Counted from the stretch's first letter, positions 33,792 to 47,300 are shown. The stretch: 64,000 nucleotides of DNA from Azolla caroliniana (GCA_043228905.1 JBHGNT010000012.1:10230001-10294000), one strand, 5' to 3'. The notes: a model not told the origin generated them from the sequence alone. A program made the numbers and translations.

Positions 33792-36545
33792 ATGGGAAAT
33801 AATTCACCTTTTTCTGTTGAGGAATATCAACTGTCATCGGATTCCTCACCTTCTCTGGGGTTTTCGGTAGAAGAATACCATTGGTCTCAAGATTCTAATA
33901 TCTCCGTTGAGGAGTATATAATCTCTGATAGTCCAGTCAATATGACAAGATGCCGTCAATTCTCGATTGAAGAGTATGACCCATACGCGGACTCGGGTGA
34001 GAATGTAGGTGATTGTCAAAGTCCCGAAAGTATTTCTACCCAGCAACAGAGAACAAATGTGTGCCAACAGGAGGACACACCAATATCAGCTAAGGATGAC
34101 AATAAATCAGTGAGCCCCTTATTTTTCAAAAGGGTCTCAAGTCGTATTAGTCGAGAAAGATTTGCTTTAGTGACATCTGAGGATCAATTTACCGTAGATG
34201 TTAAAAAGGCATGTTGCGCTCGTGGCTGTATGGCGATGATTGCAAAGCAAAACTTGCGGTCTTTGAGACGTTACTATTTTTCACTCAATGGTGATGAACA
34301 AGACACCTATCTTATGACACACTTACAGATGGTGTCAGACAAAGCCTCAGATATCTCGATCTCTTTCGAGTATTACCTTTTTACAACACGACAATGTTGT
34401 AGACTGGCATTCAAGATTGCACTTTGTGTTAGCAACATGAGATTACATAGAGTGCAACAAAGAGTTTTAAACGGCAACAATCCCATTGAAGATGATAATT
34501 TTCCAAGTATGAAGGGTGCATCAGGTAGAAATGCGATCTGCTGGATGAAGACATACTTCAAGTTCAATTGTGAGATAATGCCAACTACCGGTAGGTTGCA
34601 TCTCTCTGACAATTATACACATCGAGAAGTTTATGATTCCTATAGATTGGAAATGTCAACTTGTTGCGACAAATATGTCACCTACAGTCAGTTCACAAGG
34701 TTGTGGACATTGCACTTTAGTAATGTTATTATACCTCGTAAAGTACGTTTGGGGTATTGTTCAGTATGTGCAAACCTAAAGAGTGTGTGTAAAGGGGCAA
34801 AGACAGCAACAGAGAAGGAGCTAAACAAGAAATTGTTACAAGATCACCGAGAAGCCCAAGCATTAGACCGAAAAAGAGCTATGCACCATAGGGAAAAGTC
34901 GATAAACAATCCAACTAAGTACATGTGTTTAATGATAGATGGAATGGACCAAAAGAAGAAGTGTCTACCTCATCTTAAACGTCTTCCTAAAGATGTCAAC
35001 GACGATTGTCTCATGCAGATGCAGTTGGTGGGTTATTTAGACTGTAATAGAAGTGTGAAGCCTCATGTCTTCATCACCTACCCAAATGTCCACAATGACC
35101 CTAATTTAACAGTCACTGTGATTCAAAAAGTATTGATGTCTTGGGGGCAGTCTTTGCCGCCGGTTTTATATATTCAACTAGACAATACTGCTCGGGAAAA
35201 CAAAAATTCTACGGTGATTGGTTATCTAAGTATGATGGTGAACCAAGGAAATTTTAGGAAAGTGAAAGTTAACTTTCTATTGGTTGGTCACACACATGAC
35301 CATATCGATCAGATGTTCAGTAACTTCTCTAGGCAGTTATCACGATATGATACTTTTACGTTACCTAAGTTGTTCGACATCATTCGTGATGCATATACGC
35401 CACGCCCAATCGTGGAACACTTGAAGGAAATATATGATTTCAAGAGAGACATATTAGATGGTGGTGAGCGAAATGCCAAAGTGTTAGCGCCCTTAAATAA
35501 TATAAGTTTCAACCACGTATTCTTAATAAATAAAAATTATCATAGTGGTTGTACATTATTATATGCAAAGCAGTATTCATCCTCCCCCCAATGGGAGCCT
35601 GAAGGCGGGTGTCAGTTTCTACTTCATATGCCTTCCACTTTTGTTTATGGTGCAGGACAAATGCCGATTGAGACTAAGAAAGTTGTTACCAATGTACTAG
35701 CTGATAATCCAAAGGATGTTTGGATGCAAGCGCTGCAAGACAAACGCAAGCACATTGACAATGCGAAGAAGTATGTTGGGGAACAAGACACATCATGGTG
35801 GGATGTGTTCTTTAAAGATCAAGAACAAATTGTTGACATTTGTGTCCTTGGTACTTGGACCGTGCAAATACCCTTCACCTGGAATATTCAACAATGTCGT
35901 AATTCTCAGACTTCTCCTCTTGCACCTAATGCGATTAATGATAGCTTGCTCCATCCACCACAAAGGGACATAGATGTTGGATCCAAGCTGACAAAAACAA
36001 CGGAAGCAAGGTGGCAAGGGAACTTGCAACAATTGAAGGTGGGTATGTTAATTGCTACACCTGCTGATGATAATGAGCTGGAACATCAATTTTGGATTGG
36101 TAAGTTTTTAGATGTGGTGATGCATGAGAGCCGAAGCCAAATCCAGTCTATAAAGGTGCATTGGTACAACACTAAAAGCAAAAATGCCTTTACCGGCAAG
36201 TATGCTTTAGAGATGATGGAATGTCCACGGTCAAAGGGGAATAGAAAGAGGAAAAGAAATATTCGTAGCACTTCATGCCTAGACATTGGTGACGTAGATA
36301 TTATTGTTTACGACTTCACACTAACAAAAGCTGGATGTCTCAGGAAGTCTACAATAGATATTATCAAGGAGAAATTACCTATTCTACAAGAGGTCTCATG
36401 TCGAAGGCAAACAAGATCATCTATACAGAACATGGAATGTCAACATCTAGTTTTAGATGAAGACAATGCCTTAATAGGTACATCCGAAGATGACGAGGAA
36501 CAATTTGCATTGTATATTAGTTATAGTAGCGACTCTAGATCATGA
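33792..36545 (+). CDS. Intact Sola1-like DDD transposase, 917 aa
   Basis: CC-x3-C N-terminal motif, CSVC...H, IDGMDQ, YIQLDNTARENKN, FLLVGHTHDHIDQMFS; lies inside TIRs; TATA-like AATATAAAA at ~33764. Confidence 0.85.
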   Translation: MGNNSPFSVEEYQLSSDSSPSLGFSVEEYHWSQDSNISVEEYIISDSPVNMTRCRQFSIEEYDPYADSGENVGDCQSPESISTQQQRTNVCQQEDTPISAKDDNKSVSPLFFKRVSSRISRERFALVTSEDQFTVDVKKACCARGCMAMIAKQNLRSLRRYYFSLNGDEQDTYLMTHLQMVSDKASDISISFEYYLFTTRQCCRLAFKIALCVSNMRLHRVQQRVLNGNNPIEDDNFPSMKGASGRNAICWMKTYFKFNCEIMPTTGRLHLSDNYTHREVYDSYRLEMSTCCDKYVTYSQFTRLWTLHFSNVIIPRKVRLGYCSVCANLKSVCKGAKTATEKELNKKLLQDHREAQALDRKRAMHHREKSINNPTKYMCLMIDGMDQKKKCLPHLKRLPKDVNDDCLMQMQLVGYLDCNRSVKPHVFITYPNVHNDPNLTVTVIQKVLMSWGQSLPPVLYIQLDNTARENKNSTVIGYLSMMVNQGNFRKVKVNFLLVGHTHDHIDQMFSNFSRQLSRYDTFTLPKLFDIIRDAYTPRPIVEHLKEIYDFKRDILDGGERNAKVLAPLNNISFNHVFLINKNYHSGCTLLYAKQYSSSPQWEPEGGCQFLLHMPSTFVYGAGQMPIETKKVVTNVLADNPKDVWMQALQDKRKHIDNAKKYVGEQDTSWWDVFFKDQEQIVDICVLGTWTVQIPFTWNIQQCRNSQTSPLAPNAINDSLLHPPQRDIDVGSKLTKTTEARWQGNLQQLKVGMLIATPADDNELEHQFWIGKFLDVVMHESRSQIQSIKVHWYNTKSKNAFTGKYALEMMECPRSKGNRKRKRNIRSTSCLDIGDVDIIVYDFTLTKAGCLRKSTIDIIKEKLPILQEVSCRRQTRSSIQNMECQHLVLDEDNALIGTSEDDEEQFALYISYSSDSRS

Positions 36546-36896
36546 TACGAGTGATTTTTGTGAATTTTACACTCCTCAATGATATTTTGGTATCTAATGT
36601 AAGAGAGTGTCGTTTGTAATACTCAAAATATGCGTAAATTATGTTTAGAAATATTATTTCTTTGTATAGACATTGTTTGTTACAAAATTCATTACTTCTT
36701 GACTTCTCAGTGATAGTGAACATTGTACCATTTCGATTATAGCATAATTTTAGAGTTTTTCCAAGTTTAGGAAATGATGATTTTTTGAGGTTTTCTAACG
36801 ACATTTTGAGAACATGCGACACTGGTATCATTACGTTTTGTGAATAGAGTATCTAAACCCCAAAATTTGAGGGAATATTCCTTATCCTTCCATTTT

Positions 36897-36931
36897 TGCG
36901 CGATCCTTCCACTTCTGAATGCGAACGTGTT
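36897..36931 (-). repeat. Right TIR
   Basis: TGCGCGATCCTTCCACTTCTGAATGCGAACGTGTT, reverse complement of left TIR with 2 transitions. Confidence 0.93.
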
Positions 36932-38000
36932 ATGGGTGTTTGTTTAGTTTGTGCAAGTTTAAAAAGCATGGCAAAGAGTGGGAGAACTAATGAAGAAATA
37001 AAGAATTATAAGAATCTATTAAAAGAACATCATGAAAGTCAAGCCTTCGAACATTCAAAAGCTATGCATCACCGAAGAAAAACACTTAAATCACCGGAAA
37101 AGTATATGTGCTTGATTAAAGATGGCATGGATCAAAAGATGACTTTTTTGCCGCACTTTCAAAGGTTGCCTAAGGACATTGGCGATGAATGCCTTGTTCA
37201 AATGCATTTAATAGGTTGTTTATTGTACTATCAAACAATAAGGCCTCAAGTCTTCTTAACTTATCCTAACATCCACAAGAATCCTAATCTTACAGTGACA
37301 GTCATACAAAGCGTATTACAGTCTTGGCAAGGTGTTCTCCCGCCAATTCTATACATGCAACTCGACAACACAACTAGAGAAAACAAAAACTCGATTGTTT
37401 TCGGTTATTTAAGCAAGCTTGTAGAGAAATGCATATTTAAGAAGATTAAGGTGAATTTCTTACTAGTTGGTCATACCCATGATCATATAGATCAAATGTT
37501 TCATAGGTTCTCAAAGAAATTAGCAAGATGTGATGCTTTCACGCTTCTTGCACTATCAAAGTTGATAATAGGAGCTTACATCCCAAAGCCAGAAGTACAA
37601 CATTTCAATGAGGTGTATGATTTTAAATGGTTTTGCATGCATGGTCATGGAACTCAAAGTAAGGTTCTCCCATCACTAAATAATATAAGTTTTAACCACG
37701 TCTATCTCATAAAAAGAAGTTCTATGAGCCACAACGCGATGTTGTTGTATGTCAAACAATATTCATCTAGTTCACGATGGGAGCCACAACAGGGTTGTAG
37801 GCTCTTATTGCATTTTCCAGATGCGGAAATCCATGGTGCAGAACAAATGTCGTATTACGACCATAAAAAGTTGGCTTTCGGTAGTTCGATTAATGAGCAA
37901 AAGATATATTGGATGCAATGCCTTGAAGAGAAACAAAAAAATATTGAGCGCATCAAGAAGTATGTTGGTGATCAGAATGTTGAATGGTCGGTTAACCTCT
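36932..38000 (+). pseudogene. Sola-like transposase of outer element, catalytic middle part
   Basis: MGVCLVCASLK...DGMDQ...QLDNTTRENKN...VGHTHDHIDQ; continues 21042; interrupted by A4 LTR at 38001. Confidence 0.9.
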
Positions 38001-38462
38001 TGTTAGCCAGCCGGCAAGGAGTGAAGGACCGTCCAGAATATGGAAGGGCAGAGGTAATCAGAGGCTGTTATTAGGATATTAAGTAATTAAGTAGATTTTA
38101 GAGAAGTGAACGGACGGATCGGAATCAGTATGCCAATCCGGATCCGGACCGGTTCATATTAGGGTGCCGGTTGGCACCGTTTTGTAGGCAGAGCCGATGA
38201 TCTATAAAAGGGCCTAGTTACATTGTAATTGAGGACGGATAATTAATAAAGCTCTATTTCCTTATCTCTGTGTATTTATTATCGTTCTGTGCTAATTACT
38301 TTCTATCTTACGCGTGTATTAAGATTAAAGATCTGTTGATTAAGTAAATGATTAAGGTCTGATTAATCGTCGGTCTAACTCTGTTTCACCGTAACACCCT
38401 TTGGTGAAGTGTCTTCTGTAGACACCCTGTGTTAGGCTATTGTCCGGCCCTAAGGAATAACA
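38001..38462 (+). repeat. 5' LTR of A4
   Basis: TGTTA...TAACA; roughly 30 mismatches to the 3' LTR by eye. Confidence 0.95.
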
Positions 38463-38640
38463 CAGTTTTTGGCGACCATGATTCCTGCATAAGCGCAACG
38501 AACAACGGCGGGAATGGATGACTAGACCAACGAGCGGACCGGTTACAGATTGAGCAAGGAGACTCGCTGAGTGGCTACGGAAGCGAGAGGCCTTCCAGCA
38601 AGCGGCGGAAGAAATTCGTTCGGATCAAGTATTTTCCAAA

Positions 38641-41600
38641 GTGATCCGGAGAGTCGCTGAGGAGTCACTCCGTTTGCAACAAGATTTCCACCCCGACGAA
38701 GGAAGCAGCTTGAGTAATCTTCGAGAAACGGAATCCCTGCTGCAGGCATTAGCTACAGAAGACGTCGATTCCGAACCATTTTCAGCCTTTGAATCAGACT
38801 CGAACGGCGAATATAGCGCTCATTGTAATTACCGCAACAGTCACGACACCCTAGACGGACCGACGGACGAGGAATCGGATACCTCACCAACACCGGAACC
38901 AAAATTGACAGAGCTAGAAGCCATAGATCAGAAAGGAGCTGAGCAAACCCCAACAACCGAAGCAGAGGCAGAAAGACCTCCCACAGAGGAAGAAAGACCT
39001 CCGACACCACTAGGCCGCGTTCCAACACCGGACGACGACATGTCGTTTCAATATCCCAAGTACCGGGATGATCCGGACGTAGAGACCCACGTTTATGCAT
39101 TTCAACAGACTTGGGAAGCGAATCATGTGTCACAACGCTAACCGCGGCCGAACTAGAACGCTCAAAGATGGCGGAGTTCGGCATGACCCTGGAGGGGCCC
39201 GCCGCTAGATGGCGCCTGACGGAAGATCCCAGTACCATCACGACGTTTGAGGCCTTGAAATCTAAATTCTTACATTTTTTTCACAAAGAAGTGGATCAGC
39301 AGGAAATGGTCGGCCTATTCTATACCATCATGCTGGAGCCCACGAAGAACATTCAACAATTTGTAATCCGATTCCAGAGAATGCACAGCCAGCTCAGTCG
39401 GGCACCACCAGAGGAAGAGACTAAGGCGATATTCCTAGCAGCACTACGGGAACCCCTACAAACAGTGTGCACAATCATTGATTTCCGCAAGAGTTCCGTC
39501 AACCAATTCATAGACCGAGTCAAGGAAATGGAAAACTCCAGCTCGTGGCTGACGATGGGGGCACTCCAATGAACGTTACCGATTCATGAAGACCTCTGCT
39601 TTCGACAAGCAGTTCAATGTACAACTTGCTTGAATGCGGGACATTCGGCGCTGGAGTGCACCATGCGTTCTCAATGCCTACTTTGCCATTCTAGAAACCA
39701 CACAATGGATCAGTGCGAGTATAACTTGCTAAATTGGCAAGCACCACCAGTCCGGCAAATCGAACCATGGAGCAATCAGGAGGAGGAAGAAGAGTGTTGG
39801 CAGCGAGAGGAGCATTACTGGCTAGCACAAGATGTTTGGTACGGTGATTGAAGAAACGCTTATGACCGCAACTGGTATGATAGATATCGGGACTATAATG
39901 GGGAACGGAATGAGCGTTACAACCGGGATCACTCCCCCGGTTACAACCCCCAAAGGGAGGACTATGGCAAGCACGACGACCAACTCCGACAAGATTTCCG
40001 GAACAAAAAGCATTTCAACAAAAAATGGCATTTCAATAAAAAAGGGGTCACCTACGAGAGCCGGAACAGGGTACATCAAGCAACCAACCGGACCAAGGCC
40101 AAGCACTTCCCATAGGACCTCAACCGGGTGCCAGGGCGAAAGCCGAATCCAACAACACCCGGAAGGCATACTGCTACTATTGCCAACAAGAGGGACACTA
40201 CAGTAACCAATGTCCGACGAAAAGCTACGATAAGCGACCAGCAGTAAACATGGTGGTAGTGGAGGTCGCAAACATACAAGCAGTAACCACGGAGTGGGAA
40301 ACCCAAGAAGTGGGAGTGGGAAACCCAAGAAGCCATCCAGAAGTAGGCCACCGAATGGGTAAAGAAGGCAAACGAGCAGAATGTGGCAGAACTGGAGCAA
40401 CAAAATGAGAATCTAGAGGAGCCCACTGGCAATAGCCAGGCAGAAAACCCAACATGGCAGGCGTTGCAAGAATGCCAAGTGACGCTGCCATTAGGTCGGC
40501 TATTGTAGTTAGTATCGTGGTTTAGAAGGACTGAAGACGGGCATGACTTCGGTCGGCACACCACCGGCTCCGGCATTCTTTTCTAACCCGGAGGAAGGAC
40601 CAACGGTAGTCAACACGAGCAGTTCGGCTATCACAACCATCATCAAGGGACAAGAACTACCCGGAACGATTATAGATGGAGGATCCGCCGTGAATGTGAT
40701 TAGCCTCCGAACTTGTAATATCCTGGGAATCCAGGACTGGGAGTCGTGCCCGTTTTGGCTCTGGATGGCGGACACAAGTTCAGTAAGACCTACCGGATTA
40801 ATACAAGAGTTGGAAGTGACTATCAGAGGTCACACATTCCGCATTTCGGTAGTAGTCCTCCAACTCAATGCAAAAGGAGCATACCCATTGTTGTTGGGCC
40901 GGCCATGGTTAAAAACAACGCACATCAAGCAAAACTGGCAGAAAAACATAATCACTTTCAGGCGCGGCAAAGCGAAAGTACAGGTACCTACACAACCACG
41001 TTCAAGTACCGGCAAAGAGCTGACACCGCTGTATGCGGAATGTGTCAACATGCTTGACGGATTGGCTGATGAGGAGGTCGATCAATACTTACAGGAGAAT
41101 TCAAAAATTGTACCCTTATTTGAAGTGGATGTCGCCGAAGCATACATAATACCGGAGGAGGCCTGTGAAGAACCAGATAAGGAAGCCATCAGAGAGTTAC
41201 GGCAAGCGCAAGAAGCTTGGGAGAAGGAAGTGGCAGTATCTCAATGCGTAAAAGCCTCTCAGCCGGAAGAAGTAAACCTAGGCACCGAAGAAGACGCAAG
41301 ACCGGTTCACATCGCCAAAGAAATGACTCCCGAAAGGAAGACGACAATGATCACCTTATTAAAGGAGTTCCGGAACGTGTTCACGTGGTCGTACGAGGAC
41401 ATGTGGGGGCTAGATCCTCAGTTATATCAACACCAGATACATCTAAGTAAGGATGCCAAGCTGGTGGCGCAATAGTGCTACCAGATGAACCCTAACTATG
41501 CAACAAAAGTAAAGGACGAGATCGACAAATTGTTACGAGTAGGGTTCATCCGATCGGTCAAAAAGGCGACATGGCTGAGCCCGATAGTCGTCGTACCGAA

Positions 41601-44175
41601 AAAGAACGGAAAAATCCGGGTATGTCTCTACTACCGGAAATTGAATGCGGCAACGGTAACTGACGCCTTCCCACTCCCTTTTACGGATGGAGTCCTAGAT
41701 GCAGTAGCCGGTTATGAAGTTTATAGTTTCCTGGACGGGTTCAGCGGCTACAATCAGATCCGGATGCACCCCAATTACCAGGAGAAAACCGCTTTTGTTA
41801 CCGAATGGGGAGTATTTGTCACCGTAGTCATGATGTTCTGACTTAAAATTGCGCCGGCAACCTTTAAACGAATAATCATGGAGATTTTAGGAGAATTTAT
41901 TCCAGCATTCATGCAAGTGTTCAGCCAGGAAGGGGAACGCCTCCAATACCTCCAACTATGTCTTCAGAAATGTACCGGTTAAGCCTTAACCCCGCAAAAT
42001 GCGTGTTCGGTGTGTCAAGCGGTGCCCTACTAGGCCACATCGTTAGCAAGGACGGTATTGCAGTGGGCCCGGACAAGGTCAAAGCAATTTTGGAGGCACT
42101 GGCAGCCACCATGGCAAAAGCATTGAGTCGGTTCCTAGGACAAATCCGGCGGCATAGCCGGATGCTCCGGTATCTAGCAGACCTGGCCACACCATTGCAC
42201 GCCGCGGTGCACCAGACACCGTTTCAATGGACAAACAGAGAAGAGAAGGCTTACCGGGCATTAAAAGTACTACTATCACAAGCACCGGTGGTCCAACCTC
42301 CAAATTGGTCTAACGAATTCCACGTATTCGTAGACGCGTCCGACATAGCAATAGGGAGTGCATTAATGCAGCTTACCGAATCTAAGTGGTACCAACCTGT
42401 GTATTATGCCAGCCATAAGCTGTCCCAAGCGGAACGGAATTACTCTACGACGGAAAGAGAAGCCTTGGGCATGATCTATAGCGTCACCAAGTTCCGACAC
42501 TATCTGCTAGGGAGGAAATTTTCCTTTCATGTAGATCATTCGATACTACTTTACTTGGTCTCGAAAGCATCACTCACGGGTAAGCTGGCCCGGTGGATGC
42601 TATTATGACAGGAATTTAAGTTCAAGATATTTCACTGGCCATGCATACAACATGCGGTTGCAGATTATTTGAGCCGGTTAGACTCCGGAGAAACCGGGGA
42701 CGGGGTCATACACGAATTTCCGGATGTAGCCTTGTTTAGGGTCACAGCCGAAATGGCAACAGATGGTACGATCGCCGAGGAGGACAAGTGGCTCACTAAC
42801 ATGCACCAATTCCTGAGCACTGGATTACCTCTAGAGGAGATGAACAGAGACAAGCGGAAAAGATTAGCAGTACAAAGCCAACACATTTGTCTACTATAGG
42901 ACACACTGTACCATAAAGCCGCGGACGGCATATGGCGACACGCCGTGCGCAGCGACGAAAAAGACCAAATACTGCGTGAAGCACACTGTGGTGTTGCCAG
43001 AGGCATTATGCTGGGGACGCTACGGCAAGGAAAATATGGCAGAGTGGCCTATGGTGGCCAACAACATTGAAAGACGTCGTCCGGTATGCTAAAGAATGCG
43101 ATTTGTGTCAACAGATGGGCCAACCAACGGAACAGGCACGAATGCCTCACCAGCCGGTGCTACCAGTGGAACCATTTCAGAAATGGGGGTTGGACTTTGT
43201 CGGCCCATTTAAACCACCAGCAATGAGAACCGGCAACCCATACGTGATTGTCGCTACGGAATACTGCACCAAGTGGGTGGAGGCCAAAGCACTACGTGAC
43301 AACACCGCGACATCCACGACAAAGTTTTTATATGAATATATCTAGTGCCGGTGTGGATGTACGATTGAGCTAATCAACGACCAATGAGGGCATTTCCTAG
43401 GAAAAGTGGTGGAGATCTTCACGACATTCTATGCAGTGGTGCACAAGCGAAGCACTCCGTATTATCCGCAAGCCAACGGATTAGCCGAATCCACTAATAA
43501 GACACTACAAAACATCCTCCAGAAAATCGTCAATGAGAACCAGACGGATTGGGATACAAAGCTGCATAGTGCACCTTGCGCCTACCGGACAACATATAAG
43601 ACAAGTATCCGGACAACGCCTTTTCGATTGGCATTCGGGTTGGAAGCGGTAATGCCAATCGAATTCCAGGTTCCCAACTTGTGATTACAGGTTAGGGAAC
43701 GCCTGAACGAAAAGGAGTCGGAAACAATCCGGCTAGCAGCACTATGCGAACTAGAGGAACTTTAGATCGCCAACCTGATGCACATGGAACTGGAGCAACG
43801 GAGAAGGAAAGAATTCGTCAATCGACACTGGAAAGGTAACAAATAAGGTTCGGGATCGGCAAGCCAGTACTTGTATTCCAGACCCGGATGGGTAAGATGC
43901 CGGGGAAGCTACGGTTTCGGTGGACCGGACCTTATTGGATTACATGGGAGTTCAACGGTTCTTACCAGCTAGGAACACTCACCGGTGAGGTTATGGGTAA
44001 ATGGGTGAATGGGTTTCGACTCAAACCATACTATGGATCCATGCCAAGAAACCCATTTGAGGAAACAAAGGCTGACACCCCACTACACACCGGTAAGCAC
44101 GACGAGACGACAACCGGTCATGCAATCGGCAGGCACAATCCAGAGAAGGGTCCGTTTGGGCCGGATACATATTAA
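38641..44175 (+). pseudogene. gag-pol of A4, many stops and frameshifts
   Basis: Consecutive ORF fragments colinear with A1 gag-pol. Confidence 0.92.
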
Positions 44176-44394
44176 CAAGATCGGAAAAAAATAAAAAATA
44201 AAAAATCGAATCAAACCCAAACTATGTGATGGCGAGGAGCGAACAGTGACATGCAATGAAAAGGAGGGGTTAACGGGCACTTTGAAAAGACAAGTAGTGG
44301 GCTATTTATAGCACATTAAAACGCCACCACGTGGCACTTCATTGCCATTATAGTACACGACGTTCGCATGCGCAAGAATCGAGAAAGGTGCGAA

Positions 44395-47300
44395 CATGTA
44401 GAAAGAAAACCTACACCGCATGGAGGCCTTCTCATTTCGCGAACAGAGAATCGCAAACGCACACAGTCGATTGAAGATAATCAGATGCGAGCACCCAGAG
44501 CCCCCTAACGCACCTACCTCACCAACAACCACCAACTCAGAAGGAGAAATGGACTGCATGACGCTCTCGAAGGCAGCCAAGAAGTGGTTAAAGCAACACG
44601 ATTTGGAAGGATTCTTGAGGATCATGGAGGCACCACCACACAAAGAGGCGAAAAGGGTTGTCAAAGCCATCGACACAGAAGTAATCACACAAGAGGCCAT
44701 CCGTGCCCTGACGGGCCCACCCGAGGGCGGCATCTTCACCATCAACAACCCTACCCCAGAGCAGCTCATGAAATACTTCGGTGAGTATTCTCTGGCCAGC
44801 AAGGCATATCGCACACAAGGCGGCGAGGATGGCTTATTTCGAGAGATTGCTCATGTACTGCATGAGTAGGGTCATGTGTACCCTCGACCCCTAGCAATGC
44901 CTAGGAACAGAGTCAGGTTAATTATTACCACATATGAAGGTATACAGGTGGACTAGTCGGTGCTGATCGCCGACGGACTGCGCACGGCCATCGACTCGGT
45001 AAGAGAAAAGGATGGAAGAAAAATATGGTCGGCGATGGCGCAATGGCTCACACTTTTAGCACCACTAGTGGAGCGCAACACGGCAAAGAAGCAGGGAAGA
45101 ACAACCGAAGGAACCTCCAAACCGGCTTCAAAACGGCAGCAACTATTGGCTGCTAAGGCAACCAAGGGAAAAGAGGCCGAGACTGAAAAAATGGCGAACG
45201 AGCGGCCTACCCAAGCGGAGACACAAGAGGCAACACCAGCATGGCCAATAAAAATTACATTTTGCCAACCGGGTCAACAAGAGTCGGATCCCTTGGCCAT
45301 GAAAATCAATCTTGGGACTCAGGAGGAGGAAACGGCGGAGGAGCCCAGCGAGCACCTCCAGTGGCGCCAGAAGAAGAGCACTGCCAACCATGCCGACAAG
45401 CAATCGGGTCCAGAAAAGGATAGGATGTCGATGCCCCGCACTGAGGGCCCAGAGCCAAGGGTGGAAGCAGAACCGATGCAAGCAGAACCGGTGACAGAAG
45501 TCCCTGAGCCGCAGTCCCCGCCGGCGGGTCAGAGCATAACAAGACCCGTGATTCAGGAACCGGTGATTCAGTTGCCTACCTCACCGGCACAACAGGACCA
45601 ACTAGAGCTAGAACGGCCGACTCAGGCACAATCAGAGCCAGTACTGCCATGTGGTACCCAACCAGAGCCAGAGTTGGCAATCAGAACAAATCAGACACTG
45701 GCAAGCGTAGAAATTGGCCAACCCTTCGCGACGACACAACCACAAGGCACTGGTAGCCAATTGCTATGGTGGATCGGTGAGCAAATACCCGGTGTGGTTC
45801 ATTATATGGAGGCAGAGGAGAAAGCACAAGTGGACCGGTTGCTAGCCACAACCGGAGAACTAGAGAAGGCCCGATCAAGGATCCGGAGCTTGGAACGAGA
45901 AGTGGAAATAGCCAAGGAAGAGTTGGCTAAGAAGGTCATCACAGGGCCCCAGGAGAAGGAACCGGTGGCTCCGGTACATGTACAGAATAAGGAAACACCG
46001 GCAACTGTACATAATAATACAACCCCGGTGCCGGGAACAAACCCAGATATAATTACAGTGCAAGCGCGAGAGCTTGCCATTTTCAAAGAAGACCTGGCCG
46101 CACAGGAAGCATTACGGGCCAGGGAAAGAGAATTAAGAATGGCGGCAGAGGAGGAACAACGGAAGACTGCTGATAATCTCCAACCAGCAGAAGACAATCT
46201 GCGGAAGGGACACCAAGCCTACGACCGGCTTAAGGAGGAGAAGGAAAAAGTGCTCCCAGAGAAGGATAAACTCTGAAGGATGGCCGAAACGGAGATCGAG
46301 AGACTCAAAGAAGAGCTTCGCTAGCAAAAGGATAGTGAAGACCGAGCTCGCCACTAGATCAATAAGAAGCTGAAGCAGAAATCAGAAGAGTTTGACCGCC
46401 TGCACTGGGATTATAAACATGTTGAGTCAGAATACAAAAAGCTCATCACCGACAATGACCGGCAGCAGGAGAAGATGTTCGAGCTTCGGAATGAAGTGCA
46501 ACAAGCAGAGACGACACTAGCAGAAGAACGGGTTGAGAAGGAAACCATACGAGCTGAAGCGGCGAAGGAACGCATGGAACTCCAGATGCAACATCAGGGG
46601 GAAACAGAACGCGCTACCATGGTCTGACAAAGAGTGCAGACACCGTATCATAATCAATCGGTGCACTACAAGGACCAGGAGCTGGTAACGGCGAACCTGA
46701 TTAAACAGTTGAAAGATGACTGGAAGGCCACTGAAGATAAATCAAAGATGGGGATAGAGCGGATCCGGTGCATTGTACATGCATGGAAGAATTGAACGAA
46801 GCGTTTGATTGAAGACAACTCAGTAGTATGGTGGTCAAAATGGGCAAAGCACGTTGCCGAGTTACAGTTGCTGAGGGCGGACGCGGAAAACCAGCAGAAA
46901 GAAGGCGATGAGTTCTATAAATTGGAAAAGGAAGACTTTGTTGCCGTGAAACATGAATTAGCGGAGGACTTCGTAGCGTTGGCTGATGAACAGATAACGG
47001 TGGTCTGGCAACTAGTCGCACAATTGCACGATGATCGACTTGATAACCAAATCCAGTTTGAAAGTTACGAAAAGGAGAGGCTACGGCAAGAGGTGACGAA
47101 GAGCACGGCAAAAATCAGTCTTAGTGATGAAGAACCATCGTCGGACCAAGGGACGGACAGAGCCAAGGCCGGGACAAGCCAACTGGATGTAACTCAGGAG
47201 GAAGCGCCGCAACAACCACCAACGCCGCCATTTGAGGAGCAACGCCCAGAAGAGTCGAAGACCGCGCAGTAGGAGGAACCATAGTAATAGCCAACGGAGC

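Larger units (their letters stand above)
21043..36931. mobile_element. Complete Sola-like TIR DNA transposon (15.9 kb) with methyltransferase cargo
   Basis: 35-bp TIRs (33/35 identical), 4-bp TSD ATGG at 21039-21042 and 36932-36935, intact DDD transposase; 4-bp TSDs are characteristic of the Sola superfamily. Confidence 0.9.

Noticed and set aside
36896-38074. Independent 392-aa gene or tandem transposase duplicate
   Set aside because: ORF starts inside the TIR and ends inside an LTR; it is the middle piece of the interrupted outer transposase
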